A DNA stretch of 64,000 bases from Asterias rubens (lineage: Eukaryota). The notes under the pieces are model-generated. The model saw only the letters and a list, made by a program, of their open reading frames with translations, was not told the DNA's origin and made no database searches. The DNA lies in the NCBI RefSeq assembly GCF_902459465.1, contig NC_047063.1:10974001-11038000 (forward strand), read 5' to 3'. Positions 37,933 through 49,237 of the stretch are shown here, piece after piece (within the stretch, counting starts at the first letter, position 1; each line of letters opens with the position of its first letter). A program made the position numbers and the translations under genes.

Positions 37933-39004
37933 TAAAGGCCTTTCCATCATGGAACAAAGGGGCATGCACCTTCAGGGAACAAAGGTGAACCAGGGCCAAG
38001 ATAAGGGCAACCACAGAGCAAGGGGGCACTTGTGCTGGAGTTAAACCACCAACTGTGGATGGAGAATGATAAAACAATGTAAACAGTATCTGTCCATGCA
38101 TCCTTACAATGACATCGCACACGGTTATCTTTTCTTCAGTGCCAGCAAGCCAGCAATTGCACTTTACATGTTAACAATAATGTACAGCGTAACCGTAGCG
38201 AACACAAAGATCATTATCCCGACACCTCCCCCTCCCTTGTCCTTCCTCAGACATCCCCCTCTCTTGTCTCATTCGCCTTCCACTCTTTCACTACATTGTA
38301 ATCGCCAGATAACTTGGGACAGATTTCTTTTGTTTGCAGCCAAACCGCTGTGGCGTGCATCGGATCAGCAATCCATAATGCTTGACTGACCCCCCCCTGA
38401 ATTTTAGCTCCAATAGATTGCTGGTTCGACAAGGTCTCTTGATGGATCACCAAGTTGAAGAGAGAAGGGGGGGGGGGCGGGGCGTAATAGGGTCCTTTAC
38501 GACTGAACTGATCCCACATCTCAATGTTGGGAATGTCTCGTTCTTTGAGTTAGCGTGATACGCCTTTGATTTTTTAAGCCTGAGGGGCTTTGAGCGCAGG
38601 GTTAATATTAGTCATAGTCGTGATTTCATCTCGGCATTGTTGTATCATCACGAGGCGAGGCCTCTCCATGCCGTTTCGATTGGTAGTTGGTGTTTAGGGG
38701 TGGTTGTCTTAAAGACTACTTGGCTGGTTGTGGTAGTGCAGTGGCTTTTTGACTCCGGTTCTGAGATGCTTTAAGAACTTTAAGACATTATGAAATTGAC
38801 TGACAGCTTGCACTTTTAGTTATTGGTGAATTTGATTAACAATAGGTACTAAACAAAAAAAGAAATTTTAATAATAAGGAATGTAAATAGCAACCCCATT
38901 AGGCATTTACAGAAATTAACCTAGATGTCAATATTAAACAATGCCCCCATGCATTCACATGCGTTGTTGGTTTTGCAATAGTGTAAAAAAGAAAAGTATG
39001 TAAT

Positions 39005-39120
39005 TCTCTAAATGATGACACCTGCTCTACAGTGTTGGGGATCCTGGGTTCAAGTCCCACCTAAATAGGATGTGGTGTTTCTGCAGGACTTGAAAAGTAA
39101 AGTATGCAGTGCTTACCACA
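39005..39120 (+). mobile_element. Degenerate tRNA-derived SINE-like fragment
   Basis: GACACCTGCTCTACAGTGTTGGGGATCCTGGGTTCAAGTCCCACC includes a B-box and resembles the family E head. Confidence 0.4.
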
Positions 39121-42100
39121 TTTGTAATTTTTTTTTTTAACCGAAGACCTTTGATTAGTTTATTGACAGCAAACAATTTGTGTACAATGTCAGCTTATTG
39201 TGTGAAAATCTCAAAATTACGTGTTGTTGTGTCAGTAACAACAATAAATTGTATCACCAAGATTCTTATAATGAGGAAATAGTGTGATAGTGAAACGTTT
39301 GATGTGCAGTCAGCATAATGGAAGGTCAATTAATTAATGTGCAATATTAGAGTAGAAAACAGGTGTCCATTAAGAAATAGTTGAGATAAATGTGGTGCCA
39401 TCTCTGTCCCTTGTGCAGTAATGTTCAAGTTAAGTATTCCCCAAAGTTTCCATTGACACCTCACTGTCACAGTCTTGTCTGCAAGGGGATATGGCTCAGT
39501 GACTGCGAAACATACATCAAGCAAACCATCCCTACAGGCTGCCCTCGCTCTGTACGCGCACTGTTTTAAAGTGGTGGATTTTACTCTTGTGATTAAAAAC
39601 TTCCTAATCTCCCCATTGGTGAGTCAACTCCGGGATCGCAAAAAAAAAAAAAAAAAAACCCTTTGTTATTGAAACAAATAAATAATACCAAACTGCAGAT
39701 ATAGAAAAGTTTTGCCAGTGGGCTTGGAGCACTTAAGGGACAATATGCTTGCGATATTGCAGGAGATCCCCTGAAGCGTTGTAAACAAAAGGTTCTTTTT
39801 CCTCTCACCCATGTTTCTGTCTCTCTTGTGGAAGACAATGGATTAAAGGAGGTTGGATGATGGCTGGTATATAGCGGGAGGAGGAAACGAGAAAGTAAGT
39901 CAAGTGTGATAAGTGATGGTGACAGGTCTGTAACATTGTCTGGCATCTCCCGGGCATCATTCAGAGCAGGTGTCTCTGGTGAAGAGGGGAAGAAATTTTC
40001 TCCGGTGAAATGGGGAAGAAATATTTTCTGCAGCTCTGGAGAGCATTATGTTTCTCGTCAAGTCAAAGGAGGTGTCAAGAAGTCTTTTCGCTGATTTGCG
40101 GGGGGGGGGGGGGGGGAATAGTTGTAGTGCTTTGTTTTCACAAGAAGTATTCAATTCAATTTTATTGTATTGATATCATCACAGTTAACAAGTAAAAAGT
40201 GAAGGAAAAAATTCCCTGGGTGCACTAAAAAACGTTCAAGTTTATTTACTGAATAAAAAAACAATTCATTACAATTACATACACAACAAATACTCATTGC
40301 CGGAATATTTTTCAAGAATGGTAAATTTCTTATAATATGTAACATCTTTAAGAAAATTGCCATACCCATGTAAGTTTAATGTTTTTGTGTTTGAATAATA
40401 GAGTAGTTTTCTTACTTGCTGATAAGAATTTATTTTAGTTTTTACGTAGTATTGAAACAAAGTCTCGATGAGCAATTCAACATCTACAAAGTGTTAGAAA
40501 CTCGACTTAAAAATCAAATTATTCAAATCAAGGGAAAAGTACCTGGCTTATGCTCTTCTTAATTTCATCTCTGCACCTCAAAATTGTATAATCGTATAAA
40601 TTGAATCAAAGACGAGTGAACAAAACAGTAAGATGCAGACTTTGCAGAAAAATACCATGTCTTTTTACCAATCAAATTAACTGACTGCAAATCATGATCT
40701 GTCTCTGCAATCCGGGAGAAATTTAATTACCTTTTCATTCTAAAGTGCATGGTGGAACCAGCCCGGACCGGTTTCCACCAGTTTAAGCTTGGGGGATCCA
40801 GAGCTCAGGCAAAAAGAACCCATCCTTTTTTATTACTTGTGACAGGAATAGAGCATTTCATGCTTGGTTTGTCATCTAAAATCCGGTAAAAGGTGTGAGC
40901 AAATCCAATTTGGTGGGGCTTTGCAGGGGAGAGTGGGGGACGGACACATTTTCAGATTGTGCTTTTGTCAGTCGCGAGCGTGTTCTGATCAGCTTGGTAG
41001 ATGGTCAAAACATTTCGGAAAGTGGGCGGGATTTTTTAAATTTTAGTTGCCCTTGGGCAAAGTCTTCAATAAGGATAATGGACGAGGTTCTTGTTGTTTT
41101 TAAATCATAGTTGTATTTATTTATCTGCTGCTCCAGGGGCTTTTTGAATGATGTTTGTTAGTCACTCTTATAGAAAGCCATAGAGCAAGGACCTATATCT
41201 AACTTACTTGCATTAATAATTTTTGCAGCAATCTTTGTTATGTGTTGGTTTTTTTATAAAAACAATTTGCGCAAGTTGATCCCAGACAAGGCTCAAAGCC
41301 ACTCTTGGTCTGAGGCTTCTCAAAGAAAGTATTAAAGATGATAATAACTCAGGGGAGCTGAAATTAGGAACTGATGTTCCTCTTAAAACAGTCTAGATGG
41401 TGGGATGGAGGGAAACATGCACCAGGCAAGGAGTTCCAAAGAGATGCAGTGCATGGAATGAGAAAGATATTAAAATGGCTCTTTGTTTTACACCTCAACC
41501 AAAGCTAGAGTGTACGGGTTAGAAGAAGCAGAAAGCCTGGTAACACACTTTGACGTAACATCATTTTTAGAAATGACTGTACACCTCAAATAAATCGACA
41601 AGTTTACGTAGACGTGAAGACTTTTTGTATATATTTTCTAAACAGATGTGTGCTGTATGTAAATAAAGTAAACTGAAACAGCTTATAACAAGCACTCTCA
41701 CTGGAAAGAAATCCAACTAAAGTTTCTTTAAACTCTTATTTCATAGCATTTTCTCTCTCTTTTTTTCCTGTCAATCGCGCTCCATTGTTATATTTTTAAC
41801 ACCTTTTTTTCTTCACACCTCTTGTCGAAATTCAACAAAAGAGGGTGGCGAAAATCAACACGCTGCACAGCCGTGGCCAGGTCGATCAGATGTGGTGGTA
41901 GGGAAAAGACAACCCGTCGAGCTAACTAGCTGTCCGGTGGACATTGAACAATTGCAGCGTGCCATGGTTGTGTGACAACATGTAACGGAAAAAAATCACA
42001 CCCTCCGATTGTAGCTGGATTTGTTGTTGTACCACCACCAAGCTTGATCAAGTTTGGATCGAACTGATGTAGGGATGTGACTTGCTGATTTTGGCAATGA

Positions 42101-42150
42101 TTTCCGCACTGCGGACTGGCCTTGGAATCAGTACAAAACTCCCGTAGTTT

Positions 42151-42370
42151 ATCAATCAATCAATCTTACACCATATCCTGTAGGACGTTGGCTACTTGAA
42201 TTTTCGCTCTCCACTCTTGCCTATCTTGCGCTCTTCGGTGTTCCAGGTAGAAGTTGCTGTTAGCGATGATGTCGCTTTCCCATCTCTTCCGAGGCTTACC
42301 CCATCTATTATTTCCAGTTACTGTTTCAAGTAGAATTGATGTAGTTTTTGGATGTAGGATGCTGTTGTTT
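42151..42370 (-). mobile_element. RTE-clade LINE 3' fragment (not in the ORF track)
   Basis: Minus-strand translation ..HPKTTSILLETVTGNNRWGKPRKRWESDI...AQDRQEWRAKIQVANVLQDMV* matches the RTE C-terminal G.R.RGRP.KRW...DR..WR motif. It is followed by a (GATT)n tail at 42151-42165. Confidence 0.8.
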
Positions 42371-43355
42371 AAAGAGAAGTTTATAGCGAAGTCAATTTAT
42401 TATCTGTCAAGAGCAACTCTGCCAGAACAAATAAATTTAAAGGTGCTGTGGTATTTGAAGAGGCTGCAAGGTAGTTAAAAAGTGCAGGTGAATACCTAGG
42501 TTCAAAGCATCAAAATTACTACAAAATTATAACACAATACTTAAAAATAAGGATTCGGGAAGCGCTTTGAGATATTTCTGTGAGAATGTAAGTGCAGTTC
42601 TTGGTGCAGTTTATTATAATTAATAAAAAATACCTGTATTGAATCATCAAATTATTTCAGATATTTAAACTTTCTCTGTAAGTAATTAAAAATCTACCCC
42701 AGGTGATTCACATGTAATGAAAATACCTTTAAAAATGATCTAGTTAATAAAAAATTATGAAAAGGTTGACATTCCAACCTAGCATCCTAGGACATTTTCC
42801 CCCAAATCCCATAATCTGCGGCAATCATAAGTCATAAACAGAGCACACTCATACTGATCCCAGCCAATTTTCACAACTCTTCCAGCATCGCTCTGCGCTC
42901 AAATTTCATTTCAAATCCCCCCCCCCCTACTCCCCTTTCAGAGATGTCCTATAAAAAGTGCTTTTGATAATAACAGATGTGGAAAGAATTTTCTCTTCCA
43001 GCAAGCGGTGCCGCTGATGGAAACTTTGTATACTAATGTCTGGCCATGGATGGGCCTCTACTGGGGGTTCCAGACCAGATGCCTGTCCATGGTGGACCCA
43101 TTCATCATTACCGCAGGGCATTCATGCATGTCCTGCTTGTCATTGGTAGATAGATATGCTCTTCATCTCCAAGATGATTTTTATTGAGGTCTGGATGATG
43201 GAATTTGCAGCCAGCCATCAATGTCTTCTTTCTTGTTACAGTTGTTTTTTTCCTCCTCCTGTTGGAAGTTTTGCTCACCACACACATGGTTGTATTGTAC
43301 TAACTAACAGTTGCCATCTTGGTTGAATAGGTCTTGATGATGGACTGCTTGTAGT

Positions 43356-43758
43356 CTCAACCATGAGATTTCTCCTGAAGAGAAATTCTCGGCCATGAGA
43401 TTTACCTGGAGAGAAATTCTCAACCATGAGATTTAACCTGGAGAGAAATTCTCGACCATGAGATTTAACCTGGAGAGAAATTCTCAACCATGAGATTTAA
43501 CCTGAAGAGAAATTCTCAACCATGAGATTTCTCCTGAAGAGAAATTCTCAACCATGAGATTTAACCTGGAGAGAAATTCTCGACCATGAGATTTAACCTG
43601 GAGAGAAATTCTCAACCATGAGATTTAACCTGGAGAGAAATTCTCAACCATGAGATTTATCATGAAGAGAGAAATTCTCAACCATGAGATTTATCATGAA
43701 GAGAGAAATTCTCAACCATGAGATTTATCATAAAGAGAAATTCTCAACCATGAGAATT
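43356..43758. repeat. Minisatellite, about 12.5 copies of a 31-34 bp unit (CTCAACCATGAGATTTAACCTGGAGAGAAATT)
   Basis: Head-to-tail units start at 43356, 43388, 43419, 43451, 43483, 43515, 43547, 43579, 43611, 43643, 43677, 43711 and 43743. There are no spacers. Confidence 0.95.
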
Positions 43759-43815
43759 AAAGACACTGGACACTATTGATAATTACTCAAAATTATTGTT
43801 AGCATAAAAACTTGG
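43757..43815. mobile_element. Left end of a family A2 MITE (fragmented; remnants continue at about 44025-44300)
   Basis: TTAAAGACACTGGACACTATTGATAATTACTCAAAA. Confidence 0.7.
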
Positions 43816-44050
43816 AGAGAAATCTTTATACACAATATCCTCGTGATGTTTTTAGGATTAGAAATGAGAAATAAACATAGAACAGAATTTAGTACAACAT
43901 TGGTAGCTTGTTGGAACATTTTTGGAACTACTTCGGTCCCGTTGCTTTAACTCGTGAAAGAAACAAGACTTCGTAACTCAATGGGTCCCCTATTGGTTTG
44001 TTACCTAGGGATAAGTCCTTTCTCTATGGATACACCAAGTGAGAATACTG

Positions 44051-44272
44051 GGCCCAATTTCAAAAATTTGCTAAGCATGAAATTTCTTTCTTGATAAAAA
44101 CAGGATAACCAGCCAAATATCCACGTGATTTTCAGGATAAGCAAACAACAGCTGAATACCAGTAACATGCAATATGCAACAAATGAAATTTAGTCGATAA
44201 TCCTGTTTTTATGAAGGAAGAAATTTCATGCTAAGCAAATTTTGGTGCTTAGCAGCTCTATGAAATTGGGCC
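44051..44272. mobile_element. MITE, family C, inserted at CTG within a family A2 remnant
   Basis: GAGAATA-CTG|GGCCCAATTTCA...TGAAATTGGGCC|CAG-GTCTTTGACAATT. The uninterrupted host reads GAGAATATTGGTCTTTGACAATT near 49195. Confidence 0.85.
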
Positions 44273-45686
44273 CAGGTCTTTGACAATTGCCAAACTAAAA
44301 ATTTGTAAAATCTTTGGTGCCATACCTTAGCATCCACCAGTACACACACCCTTCAGAATGGTTTCTCTTGACAGTTGATAATTTGTACATGTCTGTACCG
44401 AGTCTGCCAGGGCAATTATCAGCCAGTGCTAAACGGAATTCAGCAGATTCTTCTGTGACAGACACACATTCTTGGACATGGTTTATGGTCCACTTCTCCT
44501 TAGTTTGTGCCTTTTTATGAATTCTGGTATCCAAGCAAAAGATGTCTGCCCTCTCTTCAATGGGTCTCTGTGCCTGGTGTTTAATTTCTTCGCTTTGCTT
44601 GGCCTGGAGTCCTCCATTGGAGTTTAATAGGTCAGTTGTAGAAACATCTGCCATCTATTAATGCCAGTTTAGTTTCTCCAATGGTTTAAATACTCTGCCA
44701 GCACCTGACTCCTATCATGCTATGAAGATGCTTTTCATGCTACGACAATTCAGGAGCAATCGTCTGGAGTTGAATGATTTTTGCAGATTTCATTGGTCTG
44801 CGCTGACTTTTAAAGATATCATTTCTATGTTCTTGTCAATTTAAACAAGTTCTTGCAATTTCTACTGTTTGTTTATGTTTTTTGTAGTTAACATTGTGAA
44901 GAAATCCACTAAAACAATTAAGTATAAACATAACGTAGTGAGCAGTCAAAAGTTGAAAATATTTCTGTAAGAGAGATAACTTGAACCCAATGTTTTCTTA
45001 TGTCTTCTTCTTCTTCGCCTTCCATTAGAGTACAGTCCACCATCTGGTATATTACGTACTTGATCATACTATTCATCCAAGAATTGTGAATGAATCCACT
45101 TTAACCATGAATCATAAACAAGAAGGGGGCCTAATGCACCTAACTAGTAACTTGGAAAACCTGATAAAAGTTTAGTTTAGAAAAAATTCCCCAGGTTTTC
45201 TTATTTCATCTTTGAATTGTGGGAGTTTTGTTTATTTACTCACTCATGCCCCCTGGTCCAGCAATCTCCTTGAACCTCTTGAGTTTATCACCATGGCAAC
45301 TTGACAACTGCACACAAGATGCTGTTCCAGACACAGCCCAGACCACTCTGAAAGACTCAACTTTAACCCAACTGCTGTTTCATGACTGCAGAGCTTTTTA
45401 AAATTTTTATTAAACTAAATATTCAGCAGAACAGGCTGCAAAAATGACAATCAAAAACAATTTGTTCTTTTGATTTATAATCTTCTGTGTACATAGTACA
45501 CAGTTAACATCATTTTGTGTGTACTGGGATTGGGGATTCAGCACACACTTGAAATATCAACAATCAGTCTTTTCTGAAAAGAGCATCTTTTCAGCTTCTC
45601 TTACAAGAACTTGACAAAGTGTTTAGTTACCTGACAAGTGTAGCAACATCATGCTCAAGTAACACTCCCTTCACAATACCTGGGCC

Positions 45687-46046
45687 TTAAAGCCAGTGGA
45701 CACTATTGGTAATTGTCAAAGACCACGTTTTTCACTTGCTGTATCTCAACATATGCATAAAATAACAAACCTGTGAAAATTTGAGCTTGATTGGTCGTCG
45801 GAGTTGCGAGATAACTATGAAAGAACAAACACCCTTGTCACACGAAGTTGTGTGCTTTCAGATGCTTGATTTCGGGACCTCAAATTCTAAACTTGAGAGC
45901 CGAAATCAAATTCATGAAAAATTACTCTTTTCTCGAAAACTACTCCACTTCAGAGAGAGCCGTTTCTCACAATGTTTTATACTACCAACCTCTACCCATT
46001 ACTCGTTACCAAGTAACGTTTTACCAATAGTGTCCACTGCCTTTAA
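45687..46046. mobile_element. Kolobok/T2-like MITE, family A
   Basis: TTAA|AGCCAGTGGACACTATTGG ... CCAATAGTGTCCACTGCCT|TTAA. Confidence 0.88.
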
Positions 46047-46556
46047 AGCTGCGAAACAGCTTTCAGTATTCAAACAGCTTCTGTAACGTGTCCCGCATCA
46101 GCTCACTGGATAAACTTTTAACCAGAAAAATCTATGGGGGAAAAGAACCACCTTTGAACCACTGTCAAAACCAAAGGAGTGAACTTTAGGGCATACTATC
46201 TCACCATTGATGTAAAAATCGCCACCAAGAATCATCCAAGTTATGCAATCATGTAAAGAAACACTCTCAATCCTTCCCACACACTCGCAACCACTAGATC
46301 ATACTTGAGCTTCTTTCTTTAACAAAGTTCTGTTGATCTATTATACCTTCCTTTACAATAGTCCGAATCACAGATACTGGTTTCAATGCCCAACATCTTT
46401 AGATTAAAGCCTTTGATTTGCTTTCAGTCGTTTTCACTCAAAGCTTCTGTTTGGGACTTACAGAAATCATGGGTGCCAGTTTCACACCCAAACGTTCTTT
46501 TGAATCTAGCCTGTAATTGGCTCCTCATCTTGCTATAGAGAAAAACAAACTTCTTT

Positions 46557-47248
46557 AGAATATTAATTTTGGTTTTTACCCATACACCGATGTGGGTTAG
46601 CACTGTATACTCAGTACTTACACCGATGTGTGTTAGCACTGTATACTCGGTACTTTCCCGAGTCCTGTGAAAAAAATATCACCGGCATTTTTACTCGGGT
46701 GGGATTCGAAACCACGACCCTTGCAATTCTAGAGCAGTGTCTCACCAACTAGACTACCTAGATCGCCTGGTAGCTAGAGGCAGTACGAATCCTGTTTTGG
46801 CAGCGGGTAATAACAATAATAAAACTTATAAAGCGCCATCTATCTAAGACTAAACTTATTCCGAGGCGCATAAAACAAACAAAGAGAGTAACAAAACAAA
46901 AACAAAAATACAAAATACGAAGCTTGGAAAGATATAAGGGTACATTGAATAAAAATGTTGAATTACATAAATGTGTTGGCAAAAATAAATGGTTAAAAAC
47001 AGACAGAAAGTCAATCAAAAGAAAGTTTGAATAGGTGGGTTTTTAGCAGAGTTTTAAAAATGTCCAGAGACGTTGTAGCTCGGATATGTAAAGGAAGAGA
47101 GTTCCAGAGTGTGGGTGCGGATACAGAAAAAGCACGAACGCCATTGGAAGTGTTTGTTTTAGGGACAGTTAAATAAAGTTGGTTTGTAGAGCGAAGGATA
47201 TAGTAGATGTTAAGTTTGCATCGGGGATAAAGAATATTAACTTTGGTT
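46557..47248 (-). mobile_element. Family E tRNA-headed repeat interrupted by an L2 fragment
   Basis: The body lies at 46557-46808, with a 36-bp internal tandem duplication at 46583-46654. The remainder lies at about 47196-47248. Confidence 0.75.
46809..47195 (-). mobile_element. L2-clade LINE 3' fragment (ORF2 C-terminus, 3' UTR, TTA-rich tail)
   Basis: LRSTNQLYLTVPKTNTSNGVRAFSVSAPTLWNSLPLHIRATTSLDIFKTLLKTHLF (stop at 47011-47013) is the characteristic L2 C-terminal motif. The 3' end reads GGCGCTTTATAAGTTTTATTATTGTTATTA. Confidence 0.88.
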
Positions 47249-48084
47249 CTATAAACTTCTATAGATTGGAGAACTAAAAGAGAAAGAGCCAAAAATGGCA
47301 CCGCTGCATGTTTCAAGTTGATCAGTGCACGCCTGATTATACACCTTGAAAGCAACTTCGCTGTGACAAACGCTAAGGAAAATACGTGTATTCTGGCACA
47401 AACGCTATAATAATGCAGGTGTGTTTGAGTGGGATCTGACACCATGTATTGATGTTGCCTCTGTATTGGATTCTTGTTTGCGTTGGTTCGGGGGGTTTGG
47501 TGTGGGGATTCGTACCCGAGCCTGGCCAACTGGCCTTGGCTTTGACAAGGTAAGGGGCTCCTCATGCTTGAAATTCCTCGGGAGGAGGTGTGACATCTAG
47601 CGATGGGGAGTCTGGTCTTCATGCATTAAGGGATAGCCTTTATCTCTGGAGGCGGGTTGTTTTTCAAGGATCATTTGAAATTATTTGACAGGCAGATTTT
47701 TGTTTTTTATAGGATGGGTATAATATGCAATTTTATAAGGGTTTAGGGTTTGTCTTGTTGAAGAGAATTGTGTGGGATTTGGTTTTGGACATTGTGACGA
47801 CAATAAGCAGTGGAATGAATTTAAATGAAATACTTAAAAATAAAAAAGACTTTATTTTTTTCCACATTGACTCAGAACTACATCATTTTGTGAACACTAC
47901 TCATGAAATCATCTGTAAAAACATGATTAAAATAAGATAGTATGGTTGGCAAAGTGGAGATGCAGAATCTTAAAAACAAAAGAAATACCCCTAACTCTAC
48001 AAAATCCTTTCCTTTATTTTTGCCTGGGGTTGATTGCTCTACGACACTGCGCGACCAAACCAAATACACTTGGAATGATACCTG

Positions 48085-48213
48085 CAGCCGATTTCACAAA
48101 GTGCTCGAGTTAGTATGGAATCAATTTGTCCTAACGTCTTCGGATACGGAACTGAACTCATCCTAAGTCCTATGATAAATCTTAAGTTAGGAAGAGTTCG
48201 GTGAAATCGACGG
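48085..48213. mobile_element. MITE, family D
   Basis: CTG|CAGCCGATTTCACAAA ... GTGAAATCGACGG|CAG. Confidence 0.75.
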
Positions 48214-48893
48214 CAGGCCTGCCAGTAGCCTATCACTGTGAACTGGTTGAACAACTGTATTCTTCTTCAATGTTCAGGGCAAAGAGATCTTAGATAGTAT
48301 AGTCAAATGTTAAACAAAATCATACATGGGGCTTAAAAATGTTGCGTTCAAAAATTCCCAGTCTGATATTGGATTTCAATGTACATAATAATAACTAAAT
48401 CAACTGAGAATGTGTTACATACCTTAGTGCAAACAAATGTAAAAGACGTGTCGTATTCAAGATAACGCATAGATTGCTACAGTAAACATACCCGGGCATC
48501 CCCAAGTCAAAGTTATGATGGGTATCTCTTGTATATTGCCCCTGGTCATAATTTCTACTTGTCTACAAGGCAATTGCAAGATGTTAACGCATTAACTTGA
48601 GGTAGTTTTTATCCACACACTACTCTGGAGACATCCAGAGCCATCGCTGTTTTATTTCACTGGAGACTGCTGCCTTTCTCTTCACTCTGCATAGAGCAGT
48701 TTACCCTCAGGAATGTTGGAAATGTATAAACAAGTTTTGGCTGGTGCTGGACTTGTTTATTTTTCATTTGGGACGGAGACGATTGAATAAAAACTGTGGA
48801 TGAAATTACTGTCAAAATTATTATAAATATTTCTTCTTTTACAGTCAACAAAAATGTGTATAAAGTTTACCAAAAAACATGATCAGTAGGTCT

Positions 48894-49237
48894 TTGGAGG
48901 CACTGGACACTATTGGTAATTTCTAAATATAATTCTAAATTCGGTATCGAGCAATGGAGAGGTGTTGATGGTATTAAACATCGTGAGAAACAGCTCTTTC
49001 TGAACTACAAGTTTTTGAGAAAGAGGTAATTTCTCATTTAAATATTAAAAGACTTAAGCGTTAAGCCTGATGCCCTTTTGAGGCATCTGAAAGCACACAA
49101 ATTTGTGCAAAATGGTGTGTGTTTTTCTCATTGAGTTCAAATTTGTCACAGATTTGTTTTATTGTGCTAATGATGGGATAGTTGACCAGGTGAGAATATT
49201 GGTCTTTGACAATTACCAACGGTTTCCAGTGCCTTAA
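48894..49237. mobile_element. Kolobok/T2-like MITE, family A2, degenerate
   Basis: AGGCACTGGACACTATTGG ... TTCCAGTGCCTTAA. Internally similar to 14958. Confidence 0.7.

Noticed and set aside
42085-42270. LADFG kinase-like motif on the + strand
   Set aside because: It lacks kinase context, is preceded by a stop, and overlaps the antisense RTE fragment.
43356-43758. CRISPR-like array
   Set aside because: The 32-bp repeats are contiguous with no unique spacers, the context is eukaryotic, and there are no cas genes.
47400-47555. Exon ending at the strong donor AAG|GTAAGG (47549)
   Set aside because: There is no in-frame ATG and no convincing acceptor, and the peptide is not recognisable.
47011-47622. 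203-aa minus-strand ORF as a gene
   Set aside because: It is chimeric. Only the last ~60 aa are L2 ORF2; the rest crosses family E repeat and unrelated sequence.
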